Part shown: positions 47,801 through 58,532 of the stretch, one piece after another
Position numbering within the stretch: the stretch's first letter is position 1
Layout: each line of letters begins with the position of its first letter
Assembly: GCA_020184695.1 (NCBI GenBank)
Contig: JAANOX010000269.1
Coordinates: 124,001 to 188,000 of the forward strand
DNA from: Histomonas meleagridis 2922-C6/04-290x
Taxonomy: Eukaryota > Protista > Parabasalia
Direction: 5' to 3'
Length of the DNA stretch: 64,000 bases
Translations under genes and position numbers: made by a program
Notes under the pieces: generated by a model
The model's input: only the letters and a program-made list of their open reading frames with translations
The model's database searches: none
What the model was told of the DNA's origin: nothing

Positions 47801-50800
47801 TATAACTGATATGTTAAATCAGAATAAAAGAAAAAATCGTTTTGTAAATGTTTATTTGTCTATAACTAATTTAATAATTAAAGATTATTCAACTAATGTT
47901 GAAATAAATGTAATTGATTGGTATAAAGTTAATACATATGAAAAAGTAAAAGATGGAATTGAAATCACTTTTAATGATGAATCTAATGAATATCGTCATA
48001 TTAAACTTCATAATGAAGATCATTGTGATGAAATATTTTCATATATAAATGATTTATTTGAGTTATTAAGGAATAAAGATATCATTGATTATAATACGAA
48101 TAAAGATATTTCTTGTGATTTAATTGATATTGATCAACAATTTGTATATATTGATAATGATGATTTTAATATTGATGATATTAATGATAGACGTATAGAT
48201 ATTGATCTTGAGAATATTGTTTTCCCTAATTTATCAACTAATGATAATGATATAGATAATTTTATACAAGATATTGATGATCAAGAAATTACAATGGATC
48301 AAAATAGATCTATAAATATAATGAATGGAATGGTTGATAATTTAAGTAAATTAAAAGATAGTTTACTCATTATAAGTCCAGATGAACTTAATCAAAATTT
48401 AGATTTTATAAATGATCAATTTAAATATTTGAATTATGATCAAGATATAGGAAAAGATTTTTCAGTAAAACTTAATAATGTTCGAAAAATAGGTCAAACA
48501 ATTTCCAATTCTAATATGGAAATCGAAGCTTTTGAAGAAAAATTAAAAGCAAATATTAATGAATTAACTACAACAATCAAATTAACCAAATCAAACATTG
48601 AAAATAATTTAAGAACTGACTTAACTAATGAAAAATTAAATGTTAATTGTTCTGAAGAAGATTCTATTCTATCGAAAGCAATTATTAAAATCAGTAATTA
48701 TATGGAAAATCTTAATAATGAAATTCAATCAGAATTTATTAATTTCTCAAAACATGCTGAAAATCCATCAAAGAATCTTCAATATTTACAAGATTCAGTT
48801 CCATTATTATTAAATCTTGCTTCTAATTTAAGAACTTCAAATGGAGATCCATTATCTATTCGTAAAAATATTGCTCATCAATTAAATGATATTTTACAAT
48901 CAAATAAATATATAACTTCTGTTACTAAATCAAAAGAAATTCTTCCATCAATTAATAATATTGTTGAAAAGGTTGATGAAGCTATTAATTTAGTTTTATC
49001 TTCAAATGCACTTCGAAATTGTAAACAAAATTCAAGTCAAATAATTCATCAAATTTATAATGGCGATATTAAATCATTAAAAGCAATAACTTCTTCATTA
49101 GATGAATTAAGTCAACAAACAACTAAAATTATAAATCAAAAAAGTATTTCTTCTAATAAAGAATTAAAGAATAAAATTTATTCTGAAACAAAACAAATTC
49201 AATCAAAATTAAATGTACTTAAAAATACATCAGAAAAAATGATTTATAATCCATCAAATGAATTTTATCATTCACAAGCAATAGATACATTAAAAACAAT
49301 TCAAAAGAGTTATGAACAAATTATTACATTAACTTCTTCTTCATCTGATCAAGAAATTAAGAATTTTGTTAAGAAAACAAAATCTTTACTTCCAAATATT
49401 GAAAAATCTGTAAGATCTTTAACAACTATTAATATAACACCAAATAATATGCATCATATAGTCGATGATGTTAATATTATATTAAAACTTTATGATTCAC
49501 TTCCATCGGAATTAATTGTTAAACTTTCAGATCCACAAAGAAAGAAATTCTCTAATTTAGTATCTAATATTAAAGATGATATAAAGAATCTTGATTCAAC
49601 TTTACCTGAATTTGAAAAACATCCAACAAGTGGTGGATATATACTTCAAAGTCAAAAAATGACTTTAGGAATTAATGATAAAATTGATGAAATTAAAGAT
49701 TTTGTTGATACATTTACTAATTTAACAAATGATCCTACATATAAAATGTATTATGAACGATTAACAGCTGATATTCAAGCAACAATAACAGAACCTGAAT
49801 TAAATGAAGATATTAAAACTCTTCCACATATTATGGATTTCCATCAAATTCAATGTAATACAGGGAAAATGTTAAATCTTTTATCAATCGCATCTGAAAA
49901 TCCAATTATTAAAAATGATATTGATTTAATACAAAAAATTCAAACATTATCGAAATCATTAGTAAATAATTATAATAAACAAGTTAAAATTAGAAATGAA
50001 CTTCATAAAGAACCATTTAATGATGAAGTAATTGATAATGCTGAAGATATTGTAAATGAAATGAAACAAATGATCGAAAGAATCGAAACAATGCAAAAAG
50101 TTTCTGATTTAGTTCCAACAATTCAATTCGATCAAGTAATAAATCAACTTACAGAATCAGCTAAAACTTCAGTTGATTCATTTATAAAAGTAAAGAATGA
50201 TTCATTTAGACCATTACCTACAACAGAAAATGTTAAAGTTTCTATTACAAAGATTTCAAATATTAAATCAAATTTGGAAAATGTATTAAAATCACAAGAA
50301 ATAACAAATAATAAAGAGTTATCAGAAGAGATTAAAAATGTCATTAATTATTGTGATAAATCAACAAAGAAATTAGAAACAATGAAAGCTAAACCTGACA
50401 ATAAATTCTTCAAAAGATTAAATAAAATTAATAAAAAAGTTAAAATAATTGAACCAAATTTATTATGTGTTAAAGAATATAAAGATAATATTAAAACATC
50501 AATTAATTATTTAGATGAATCATTAAGAACAAAGCCTTCAAATATTAATGAATGTAAGAAATATGTTTCATCTTTAACTAAATCAGTTGATATTGTATCG
50601 AATAAATTAAAAGAATATCAAAAAATTATAAATAATGAAATAGCTAAAAAAGAAATTGATGGATTAATACTTGAAATTGGTGCAATTCAATCACAAATCG
50701 AAATCAATCAAAAGAATCCGAAATATGATTCAAATATTGCAAATGAAGATAAGAAATCCATTTTAAGATTAGTCGAAATATGTTCCGAACTTCCATTAGA

Positions 50801-53800
50801 AATTCGGTCTTCACTTGATATTAAACAAAGAACTGATTTTGGTAAATTATATGGAAAGTTTGCTACCGATTCAATAGATGCAGTTCGATGTATTAGACAA
50901 CTTCCAATACAAAAAACACAAATTCCGAAAATTGAGAAATTCGAAAAAGTTGAATCATATGATGAAATTGATGAATCAGCAACAAAAATTTCGAAACAAA
51001 TTAAAGCTATTTCCAATTTTTATTCAGAATTAATTAGTTCTGATTTACTTAAAAATCAACCAAATGCATTAACACTTACTAAAGATATATCAAAACAAAT
51101 ATCTACGTCAAAAATTACTGAAAAAGATCCATTAAAACTTAAAGAAGATATTTGTCTAATAAAAGAAAAGATTCCACATTTAGTTTTACTATCAGAAATA
51201 ATATCTTCTGTTACACAAGATTCACAAATTATTGGAAACACAAGAGAAATGTGTGAAAATGTAAATACTATTTTACATTCACTTGAAAATTCTCATATAA
51301 CTCAAAATAATCTTAAAGAATTTATAAATGATTCTGTTCCAGTTATAACTAAATATTTAAAGAAAGTTAATGAATCAACTAAATTAAAAGAAATTAAATC
51401 ACAAAAAGATATACTTCCACAATTATTATCAATTCAAAGTATATTAACTAAAGCTTCAACTGAAATAACTAAAGCTAAACCTCGAAAAGCACAATCAATT
51501 TGTGATGAAATTTATAGAAATTTAACTCCATTAATTTCTACTCTTGGTGAAACACCAGAATTTGATAATTTGCTTTTAGATACAAAAGAAATTCAATCTG
51601 TTTTAGGGAATTATACATCACTTCCACATGTTCAAACTAAATTTACTGATGAAATTCGACCTAAGCCAATAGTTTCTGATAAATCAATCAAAGAATTATC
51701 TGAAAAAGCATTTGTTTTATTAGGCTCTAAATCAAATGAACTAAATATTGATTTATTTAATAATATTAATGATACATTAAATATTATTGAAGATCATCGA
51801 GAAAATGTTCTTCCTTATATTGGTGAAGCTGCTACAATTATATCGACATCATTTAAACAAGATAATATAATACAATTTTCAAATGCACTTCGTACAATAA
51901 TTTCAAGTTCATCATCTGATAATTGTCCTGAATTATATGAACAACTTATAATGAAAACATCTATACGTACTGCAAATCAACTACAAAATCTATCTAAATC
52001 TTTAACATTTTTAACTAAGCAAATTAAAAATTATCAAATTACTGATGAAGTTAAATATTATTTGGCACAAATCGAATCAAATATTAAATCAACAGATATA
52101 TCTGTTATATTACAAAGTAAATCAATTTCTTCAGCTTTGTTTAATTATCAAATAATGCATAATATTGAAGATGAATTACAAATTTTATTAAAAAATATTT
52201 TGGAAATTGATCAAATTAAATCAATTGTTTTACCTTTACAAGTTTGCTGTAAAGAGTTTTGTAATTGGATGTATCAATTAGATATGGCATTATCAGAACA
52301 TTTTAAATATCATATAAGTGAAATCTCAATTCTTTTAGAAGATAAAACAAAAAGTAAAAATTTGAATAAATTTTTATCTGAAATTGTATCAAATCTTAAA
52401 GATAAAAATAGAGGAATTAATTTTGATAAAGAAAAATTATGTAAATTAATTAACTTATATAATTCATTTAAAAAAGATATTTTACCAAATATAAAATTTG
52501 ACCTAATTGATGAAAACTTAATTCAAAAACATGTTGACGCAATTGATAATATGAATCATGTGCTTAACTTTTGGAATTCTTCAATAGATAAAGAAACAAC
52601 ATCAATACAGAATGTACGTTCTAATGTAATTGCTTCAATGTATAAATCAAATAATACAATCGAACAAATTAAAAATTCAATTAATTCGGCTTCTACAATT
52701 GAAATTCAACATCAAGTTGAAAATGTTAAAAATTTAATATCAAATACATTATATAATTTAACTAATATGAAAAATTCAGGAATTAATATTAAGGATTCAT
52801 ACAATGAAGCATTAAATATTAAAAAGATTAGTGATGAATTATCTAATAATGATATAATTAATGATAAAAAGAAATTAATTTCTAAAATTGAAACGATAAG
52901 TCAAAATATAATTAAATGTCAAAAACATTTTGAAAAGTCTCTTTCTATTGATTATAAAACTATAAATGATACACAAATTAAATCAATTCCTAAATTAATA
53001 AATAAAATCGAAAATAATGAATTAAATGAAGGAGTTAATAATGCAGTAAAAGAACTTGAAACAATATTTTCTAATTATGATAAACTTAGTACAACTACTG
53101 CTAATTTATCACCAAGTCAATATTATAATAAAACAATTAATATTAAATTACAAAATGGAAAAGCTTTAGATATACCAATTCATTCAACGAAATATAATAA
53201 TGATTTAATATTATCAACAGAAGAAATCAAAAAATTAAATCCTAAAGAATTATCTGAATCTTATCAACAAAAATCAAATATAAATCAAAATGAAATATTA
53301 AGTCAAATGAAAAGAACAATTCTTTCTCAACAAATTTCAAATATTCAACAACAACAATTTAATAGATTCCCTGATATTGAAAAGAAAATCAAATCATTAA
53401 ATTCGAATATACTTCCATCAATAAAAACAACACCAAATCAAATCGAATTTGCACTTCAATCAATTCAACAACAATTTGAATCAATAAATTCTCCAAATGA
53501 ACTTAATAAAATTCAATCTAGACTTACACCAAAACAAATTCTTTGTCAACAATTAATATTAACAGAAGGACTTAAGCAAATAAATTCGATATCTTCGACT
53601 CAAAATAATAATAATAATCAAATTTATGAACAAATCATTGATGGATTAAAAGATGATAATATTGAAATTAAATGTTCTCGAAGTGAATTATCTAATGCAT
53701 ATTTAAGAGGCAATTCACAAATATCATTAATTAATCAATTAATTACAATTCAACAACAACTTCCTATAAATGTACCTGAAATATTTAAATTTGCTCAATC

Positions 53801-56800
53801 ACATGAAGGAATTGAATTATTAAATTCAACAATTAATCCTTATCAACTTATAGAACAACAACAAAATATTAAAACACAAATTTCATTAATTAATTCACCA
53901 GAAAAGTTAAATGCATATCAAAAATCGTTAAATCCAGAACAAATTATTATTCAACATAGAGTTATGCAACATGCACTTGATTTATTATCGAATGATTATG
54001 GTTTAACAATCATTAAAAATGATAAAATTGGTTTAACAACAAATTCAATACTTACGAATGTTTTAAATGAACAACAAAAAATTGTTAAAGATAATCCAAA
54101 TGTATTAAAATATAATGATTTAATTAATCAAGAAAGTATATTAAAAGCACATGACTTTTCATATAATTTAGTAAATAGATTAAATTGTCTTGATAATATA
54201 TTAAAATTACTTGATTTACAAATAAGAACGAATAAAAATTCAAATGAAGTTATACAAAAAATTAAAGATACAACTGCTGATAAATCAATTATTTCAAAGA
54301 ATTCTAAAGTAATTTTAGAAGAACTTCAAAATCCAAATAATTTAAATGATATTTGTAAGAATTTATCAACTTCTAATTTAATTGATCAACAAAAATCTTT
54401 AATTAAAATTGGTGCCGTATTAATAAATAATGATTTATATAAAAAATATAATTTACAACGATTAAATACTAATGCAGAAATACAACAAATGTTTAATGAA
54501 TTACAAGAAAAGCAAGCAACAATTTTGAAAGGCACTGATTCACTTGATGGAATTAAACCATTAATTGATTCAAAAGCATATGAAACATATGAAAAATTAA
54601 CTTCAACAATATCAAATTCTTCGAATATTGAACAAACCAAAAATTTAATATATGAATTAGATTGTATAAATCAAGATTTAAAGAAAGAAATTATGTCGGG
54701 TAAAAATAAATTTACTCCTGAACAACTTAAAACTACTAAATCGTTTGTTGAATATATTAATGAGAAAAGTTTAACTGAACCTAAATCAGTAACTGAAATA
54801 TTAAAATCACTTCCAAAAGATGAACAACTTAGAACTTATTATTATTTAGTTGGTGTTAATAATAAACTTGAAAAAACTGATCTGAAAAGTTCACAAGATT
54901 TATTAAGTCAATCACATGTATTAGATATGGGTTTAATGGTTCAACGTCAAAGAGGAAGTTCAATTGTAACAATTTCATCAAATGATTTAATTAATAAAGA
55001 AGAAACTAATCAAAAAATTGAAGAAGTTAATAAAACAACTTTATTAAATGGCATCCAAAAAAATATTGTTCAATTAATGTCAAAACGAAGTGAATATTGT
55101 CCAGAATTAACAACAAAAAGAGAATTTAATGAATCATTACGGAAAATTAGTAGTAAAAAACTAAAGAAACTTTCTAATAATTTAATTGAACAAATTTCTA
55201 CATATGATAAAAATACGAAAGAATTTAATAATATAATTAATAAATTAAAACCTGATGAAATCCAAATTCAACAATTTATGCTTCAACAAATCTTTGATAA
55301 CAAAAATAATTCTTTAGACAAAATTAAAATTGATGATCAAACAAATCTTCAATCATTAATTAAAGATACTACAATTTCATTGATTAAAGAACAGAAAAAT
55401 GATATTAAACATGAAATGTTTACAAATGTTAAATTAATGGATAAATCACAACTTCGAATTAACGAAAAACTTATTGATGAACAATATTCTTCATCTTGTA
55501 CTATTTCTAAACTTGAAAAGTTAAAATCGAATATTCTTAATGAAGTCAAAGATTTAAATACTTTTATTCATAGTCCAAAATATGAAGAAATAATTTCTAA
55601 TCCATTTACACAAGAAGAAGTTATTGAATTCCAAGATTTAATTTCAACATTATTATCAACTAATGTATCTAATGAAGATATAGTTTCAACATTTGATTCA
55701 TATCCTATTGAATCTATTTCACGATTTCTTATAACACTTTCGAATCTTTCCGATGTGATTTCACATTCACAAGTTGATATATGTAAAGCTAATAAAGAAA
55801 ATGATTATAAAAAGTTGAAATCATTTTTCGATACACCATTAAATTATGATAAATTAATCATAAATGAAATTCCTCAAATTCCAATTCCATCTGAAAAAGA
55901 AATTGCTTCAATTACATCTAATTCATATAAAACATTAATTCGAATAAGTCCTTTAGTTTCAACTATACCTATTGAAGAAGTTAAAGAAATTTTAACAATC
56001 GAAAATACTAAAGCATTAAATACAGTAAATGAAATATTTTCATCTAATTCTACAAGTTATACGAATTTAATTAGTTCTCTTGTTGAAACTGCACCACAAC
56101 TTGCAGCTTCATATACACGTGTTTATTCATCATTAGATCCAAAAGCTAAAGAATTAATTGGAACTGATGGAATTGAAATCCTTAAACATGTAAATAATTT
56201 ACAAAAAATTTCATGTGAAAAACCATCAAATGAAACAATTGGAAACTTTAAACATACATTAACTAAATTATTAAAAACATTTACATTCATTGATGCTATT
56301 ATAACATCTAAAGAAGATGTTAAAAAAGATGAACAAAATACACTTCAAATCATTGAAAACATTTATCGAGCAATTCCAGAAAATGATACAAATACATTAT
56401 ATAAAGAACTTATTAAACTTGAAGCACAATCAATTCAATTAGAAAAACTTGGTAAAGGTACAAAATATCTAAAAACACTTGAGCCACAAATACAAAAGAT
56501 TAGTACATTAGTTGAAACTAAAAAAGAAAATAGTAATGAATATAAAACATCACTTGATGACTTAATGAAATCAATAGTTACAATATTCGAAAAAGAAACT
56601 CAAAATCCTTTTGAAACTATAACCAAACTTACGAAACCTAAAGATATTCAACAAGTTATAACTAAATCACAATCAGAAATTAAAGAATCAATTTCGACAT
56701 TAATTGAATCAACACAAAATGGAACTAAAGAAACAACTAAAGAATCAGTAAATAACATAATTGAAAATACATTAACAAGTGTATCAACTTTTATGCATGG

Positions 56801-58532
56801 ATTAAATACAACAAAATGTAATAATAGTTCCTTATATAAGAATTGTATAAAAACAATTCAATCTTCAATGTCTTCTTTACGTTCTGTTTGTGATATTCCT
56901 AAAACTTCATTCATTTCTTCAACAAATATTCGTCGATCGACTCGATCACTTGGAAGGATATTAAATTCGATGAATGATATGATTGAAGATACAGAATTAA
57001 TTGAACATAAAACAATTGAAAGTAATAATAAATTTGAAAATATTAAATTTGATTTTATACAAAATTTAGCTTCATTATTAGAAATTTCTTCGACAACTAT
57101 TAATGCACGAATCTCATCAAAAATACCCGAAACTTTTAATACACATTTTAATCAACAAAATATTAAAATTGATCAAACAATCGAAAAACTTACAACGAAA
57201 TTTGATTCATTAATTAAACTTAATACTAATACTAAAATTGATGAAGAAACGAATAAAAACTTTATGTTATTAAAAGAACAATTTAATCATTTCATTGATG
57301 ACATAAATAATACGAATTTATATCAAAAAGATTCGAAAATCGAATTTACAAATCATTTTATTACATTAAGTAATTCGATTAATGAACTTATGCTAAAAGT
57401 CGATAAAATGACTGATACAACGCCAACTATTCCTGACTTAATAAATGCTGGGAAATTACCAAAACATTTTGTTATGCCTTCATTACCAAATATTTCGGGG
57501 TTAAATATTACTGAAGAAAATCAAAAATTAAATTTAACGATTAAAGAATATTTAAAAACTTCCGATGAATTTTTTGTTAAAGTTAATCAAGTTAAAAATG
57601 AGAAAATTGTTGAAATAATAAAAGATTTATATAATAAACTTGAAAATGTTATTAAACAAATATTAATTATCTCAGCAATGTCAATGAGTTTAGAATTACA
57701 AAGTAATTTAACAAGTCATTGTAATCAAATTACATTTAATTTCGATTTATTATTAAAAGAACTTAAATCGAAATTTATGATTTCTGGTGATTGGGAAGGT
57801 AATTCAATTAAGTATAAAGAAAAAATTAAAATTTCGTTTGATGAAATTCTGATGTTATCTAAAAGATCAGTACAAATTGTCGAATCAGAAAATCGTTTAC
57901 AAAGTGCAAAAAGCGCAAAGTTCCAAAATATTATAAATGTTTTAAATGATAATAAAAAGATAATCGAAACTTTTGAAAATAAACTTCAGAATAATGAAGT
58001 TAATATGAATCATGAATATGCTAAAAGAATGCTTCAAGTATGTAATGCGTTATGTGTAGCTATGAATACAACAATACTTAGTGCTAAATCAAATAATTAT
58101 GATGAAAATAAATTAAAATTAACATTCGAATTTGTAAATAAAGTTATAAAACAATTCGATTTAATTCAAAAAGATGTTGAAGATATTATTAATGATAAAG
58201 TAAAAGAAGTTGAAATTAAAGTTATTGAACGAATGAATGAAATATCAAATTTAAGAGAAGAAATGAAAGTGAATCAAGAAATTGATGAAGCAATTATAAA
58301 AATATGTAAAGGTGCAAATTCTATTGCATCAGCAGCAGAAATAGCATTAAATACGAAAAAACAACAAAGAAAACAACAAGAAATAATAAAGAAAATCGGA
58401 GATAAGAAAATCAAAATAGAAGTTCGCGCTTCAAAAGAATCTATGTTAAAGAGATTGGAATTGGAATCCAAAGTTATAAAGGCAAGAATTGTCTTAGAAA
58501 AGCTTGAAAAATTACTGAATGAAATTAATTAA
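41808..58532 (+). CDS. Giant talin-like protein: five tandem F0-FERM heads, long helical-bundle rod, I/LWEQ-like C-terminal helix
   Basis: Five repeats of P(I/R)PL...SIP(E/Q)Q...F(K/L)R(R/K).F; ...A..L...; YI...R.I.GF....F; PTB-like strand, located at about 42540-48070. C-terminus KESMLKRLELESKVIKARIVLEKL. Confidence 0.75.
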   Translation: MSTDLVALYTSSTIQDDHPKVFQYYLDYTGMQCLQVAMKNLGIEYEPNYGLLLRSTEVKWLDLSQTLRSQNVKTGFMIIVYPMEEQKTQPIFIKTIDIETTQTTVYQEAVVDGEDDDINYEYTNIDEKVTEFNEIKYGGFQSQKGENAKIVSIFTSDGFNTTQPKECKYYIHSSYTEVLETALKHLGLNRNAEYCVLLQYGLDVRKWFKETGFLEEYNPFNGMYLYVFQKIKQINVHSEYQQMKTISIDITKTVSDLVEEISKDFNIRNHYSYNLCTIKDPKNPIPLNGDLSIPQQTKEINDIMFLRKYFLFSREDLETIETTKIAFKDAMKEFITNDVELSESDAIKLLIYRYYAEETNPNFQNVPDDLSKYLPKTYKNGKTIGHKLKSYAKKIPKVDQFNACRKYIKKLRKINGFACTMFKNVIVEVKYQNNKTSVEIDLKVSPLSVTFINKKNGNVEEKISISKIISINLLETTLEIQFAISKPFGKTGKYLFYSPETNKIKFLIEKYNTISKQILIHRAKLKLQNSQHTINNKTKVTLFTTTNLKDEKPSMFDYDSSFTGKIFIKYAEKYLSLEHSSNHIALVKMLKKKHQWISNETFLCLMGIQNGMTVYIIDNFYPIKVIFSNQSSKTMVFDLTQKIEEIIPSVFKKQGLPIVSGFTLYSLEDENNPRPLDVKLSIPEQCSDYSKLLFKRRFFVLSSQVLQSIQTAYSTVCDCKDNVLDPNSDVRLSEDEAIELAIYYLYSSAMNPQDVKSAKQHDYNGLIPSYINIDKKFDVKFKKVLEEFKPLERIDASKFYIGKVRQIKGFGVEKFVVIYREVTFGVTEKTIKDTTLAIGPLNISVFLPNTNEPIYSISYRLIINYQSMGHKLLIKFSNPQTNKIHSIEFKIRDIDIVLMLLSQYISIIHSLLFENREKQRKELEETTQRLRGGFVDETGKTYQPMNDFLISSSLYKRDNLSKLWIELNKTGKEVIDIVVPILKIDTKIDYSVLLWIHREKYQWVGSNETLLSKSPYRNTTMFLIESNPKIKILLSSGVSKVIIIPIEKKIEEIIPMIGQKLGIKSFVGYSLFKPVEGSEPIPLDPQLSIPEQINSYETLEFKRRFFLISKSELENPNTLYQTFCDVKELIQSGKNEISSKKAIELSYLSLLADFGEKFTIQAFPKEKEYIENYIPKCVKVNYAKAKTIISSMLKRNPFVNKQETMRNYIQIARTIPSFACEEFNVILIDDKKGHQLKTNTFLYISPYRIFLMDESKKKEIIDISYQKILNVKNLLNQVCIKYCSDDNQALYCEIESNSSDKISSLINAQLNIHKHLLLEKLEDKNNKSTSFNIELITLYGLGPSTSQQFTYDLRITGEEFIKQACKNLGIDPDCQYSAILVITNDEYKWIKKDVILGTLNPVTGSIVHIYPTYSQIQICANKFQRKMYINIEKTIQQLIEEIAFKMYIDLPLGYTLYYKNDKSLIPLDLLSTIPEQVLNFEKLYFKRRAFLFTKDDINSSQMVTRIFQDVLENILSGIPEINNDNQILELAAYALLAKGETKNITNLNGIIPNTIKVKPKLLQAIITNVKNSKLKKELAASKFIYSARNLEHWGCELFEGKLIEESEEPQNIKIHNVCVSIGPFGIHVYDKHSKVDFVKIDYRNIVDFNTIKGNLFLRVSEEDEGIIHEFMIKTKFYNEIDKLLNSYKKIFIPGLENREKIQKLKKSTDIIEINDKIKKSKIPIYISRQLNHPNPILIDVGKTLTSDEITKIILFKLTKEKENIYHVLSYDNIGDYKWIKDKEILQDIEPKENSHICIIENLPLVQIITSHGEGKELKLEIDNTIESHCKNLVNLFELGSYFGYTLYEINKNDIRPLDFKLNIPTATPNYREVMLKRRFFFFKKSFENDKRSLHSLYKDVKQLVLSGTYEINEDFAFKFAILSLYSEELNFLHKISRINEIELKKLLPKNYKLGSNSLKRFEIMSSSINQIEPDIAKVRYIVLANEIPGFASEKYICFITDMLNQNKRKNRFVNVYLSITNLIIKDYSTNVEINVIDWYKVNTYEKVKDGIEITFNDESNEYRHIKLHNEDHCDEIFSYINDLFELLRNKDIIDYNTNKDISCDLIDIDQQFVYIDNDDFNIDDINDRRIDIDLENIVFPNLSTNDNDIDNFIQDIDDQEITMDQNRSINIMNGMVDNLSKLKDSLLIISPDELNQNLDFINDQFKYLNYDQDIGKDFSVKLNNVRKIGQTISNSNMEIEAFEEKLKANINELTTTIKLTKSNIENNLRTDLTNEKLNVNCSEEDSILSKAIIKISNYMENLNNEIQSEFINFSKHAENPSKNLQYLQDSVPLLLNLASNLRTSNGDPLSIRKNIAHQLNDILQSNKYITSVTKSKEILPSINNIVEKVDEAINLVLSSNALRNCKQNSSQIIHQIYNGDIKSLKAITSSLDELSQQTTKIINQKSISSNKELKNKIYSETKQIQSKLNVLKNTSEKMIYNPSNEFYHSQAIDTLKTIQKSYEQIITLTSSSSDQEIKNFVKKTKSLLPNIEKSVRSLTTINITPNNMHHIVDDVNIILKLYDSLPSELIVKLSDPQRKKFSNLVSNIKDDIKNLDSTLPEFEKHPTSGGYILQSQKMTLGINDKIDEIKDFVDTFTNLTNDPTYKMYYERLTADIQATITEPELNEDIKTLPHIMDFHQIQCNTGKMLNLLSIASENPIIKNDIDLIQKIQTLSKSLVNNYNKQVKIRNELHKEPFNDEVIDNAEDIVNEMKQMIERIETMQKVSDLVPTIQFDQVINQLTESAKTSVDSFIKVKNDSFRPLPTTENVKVSITKISNIKSNLENVLKSQEITNNKELSEEIKNVINYCDKSTKKLETMKAKPDNKFFKRLNKINKKVKIIEPNLLCVKEYKDNIKTSINYLDESLRTKPSNINECKKYVSSLTKSVDIVSNKLKEYQKIINNEIAKKEIDGLILEIGAIQSQIEINQKNPKYDSNIANEDKKSILRLVEICSELPLEIRSSLDIKQRTDFGKLYGKFATDSIDAVRCIRQLPIQKTQIPKIEKFEKVESYDEIDESATKISKQIKAISNFYSELISSDLLKNQPNALTLTKDISKQISTSKITEKDPLKLKEDICLIKEKIPHLVLLSEIISSVTQDSQIIGNTREMCENVNTILHSLENSHITQNNLKEFINDSVPVITKYLKKVNESTKLKEIKSQKDILPQLLSIQSILTKASTEITKAKPRKAQSICDEIYRNLTPLISTLGETPEFDNLLLDTKEIQSVLGNYTSLPHVQTKFTDEIRPKPIVSDKSIKELSEKAFVLLGSKSNELNIDLFNNINDTLNIIEDHRENVLPYIGEAATIISTSFKQDNIIQFSNALRTIISSSSSDNCPELYEQLIMKTSIRTANQLQNLSKSLTFLTKQIKNYQITDEVKYYLAQIESNIKSTDISVILQSKSISSALFNYQIMHNIEDELQILLKNILEIDQIKSIVLPLQVCCKEFCNWMYQLDMALSEHFKYHISEISILLEDKTKSKNLNKFLSEIVSNLKDKNRGINFDKEKLCKLINLYNSFKKDILPNIKFDLIDENLIQKHVDAIDNMNHVLNFWNSSIDKETTSIQNVRSNVIASMYKSNNTIEQIKNSINSASTIEIQHQVENVKNLISNTLYNLTNMKNSGINIKDSYNEALNIKKISDELSNNDIINDKKKLISKIETISQNIIKCQKHFEKSLSIDYKTINDTQIKSIPKLINKIENNELNEGVNNAVKELETIFSNYDKLSTTTANLSPSQYYNKTINIKLQNGKALDIPIHSTKYNNDLILSTEEIKKLNPKELSESYQQKSNINQNEILSQMKRTILSQQISNIQQQQFNRFPDIEKKIKSLNSNILPSIKTTPNQIEFALQSIQQQFESINSPNELNKIQSRLTPKQILCQQLILTEGLKQINSISSTQNNNNNQIYEQIIDGLKDDNIEIKCSRSELSNAYLRGNSQISLINQLITIQQQLPINVPEIFKFAQSHEGIELLNSTINPYQLIEQQQNIKTQISLINSPEKLNAYQKSLNPEQIIIQHRVMQHALDLLSNDYGLTIIKNDKIGLTTNSILTNVLNEQQKIVKDNPNVLKYNDLINQESILKAHDFSYNLVNRLNCLDNILKLLDLQIRTNKNSNEVIQKIKDTTADKSIISKNSKVILEELQNPNNLNDICKNLSTSNLIDQQKSLIKIGAVLINNDLYKKYNLQRLNTNAEIQQMFNELQEKQATILKGTDSLDGIKPLIDSKAYETYEKLTSTISNSSNIEQTKNLIYELDCINQDLKKEIMSGKNKFTPEQLKTTKSFVEYINEKSLTEPKSVTEILKSLPKDEQLRTYYYLVGVNNKLEKTDLKSSQDLLSQSHVLDMGLMVQRQRGSSIVTISSNDLINKEETNQKIEEVNKTTLLNGIQKNIVQLMSKRSEYCPELTTKREFNESLRKISSKKLKKLSNNLIEQISTYDKNTKEFNNIINKLKPDEIQIQQFMLQQIFDNKNNSLDKIKIDDQTNLQSLIKDTTISLIKEQKNDIKHEMFTNVKLMDKSQLRINEKLIDEQYSSSCTISKLEKLKSNILNEVKDLNTFIHSPKYEEIISNPFTQEEVIEFQDLISTLLSTNVSNEDIVSTFDSYPIESISRFLITLSNLSDVISHSQVDICKANKENDYKKLKSFFDTPLNYDKLIINEIPQIPIPSEKEIASITSNSYKTLIRISPLVSTIPIEEVKEILTIENTKALNTVNEIFSSNSTSYTNLISSLVETAPQLAASYTRVYSSLDPKAKELIGTDGIEILKHVNNLQKISCEKPSNETIGNFKHTLTKLLKTFTFIDAIITSKEDVKKDEQNTLQIIENIYRAIPENDTNTLYKELIKLEAQSIQLEKLGKGTKYLKTLEPQIQKISTLVETKKENSNEYKTSLDDLMKSIVTIFEKETQNPFETITKLTKPKDIQQVITKSQSEIKESISTLIESTQNGTKETTKESVNNIIENTLTSVSTFMHGLNTTKCNNSSLYKNCIKTIQSSMSSLRSVCDIPKTSFISSTNIRRSTRSLGRILNSMNDMIEDTELIEHKTIESNNKFENIKFDFIQNLASLLEISSTTINARISSKIPETFNTHFNQQNIKIDQTIEKLTTKFDSLIKLNTNTKIDEETNKNFMLLKEQFNHFIDDINNTNLYQKDSKIEFTNHFITLSNSINELMLKVDKMTDTTPTIPDLINAGKLPKHFVMPSLPNISGLNITEENQKLNLTIKEYLKTSDEFFVKVNQVKNEKIVEIIKDLYNKLENVIKQILIISAMSMSLELQSNLTSHCNQITFNFDLLLKELKSKFMISGDWEGNSIKYKEKIKISFDEILMLSKRSVQIVESENRLQSAKSAKFQNIINVLNDNKKIIETFENKLQNNEVNMNHEYAKRMLQVCNALCVAMNTTILSAKSNNYDENKLKLTFEFVNKVIKQFDLIQKDVEDIINDKVKEVEIKVIERMNEISNLREEMKVNQEIDEAIIKICKGANSIASAAEIALNTKKQQRKQQEIIKKIGDKKIKIEVRASKESMLKRLELESKVIKARIVLEKLEKLLNEIN

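Noticed and set aside
41994-58471. Small nested or antisense ORFs inside the giant ORF and other long CDSs
   Set aside because: Expected shadows of codon bias, with no recognisable motifs.
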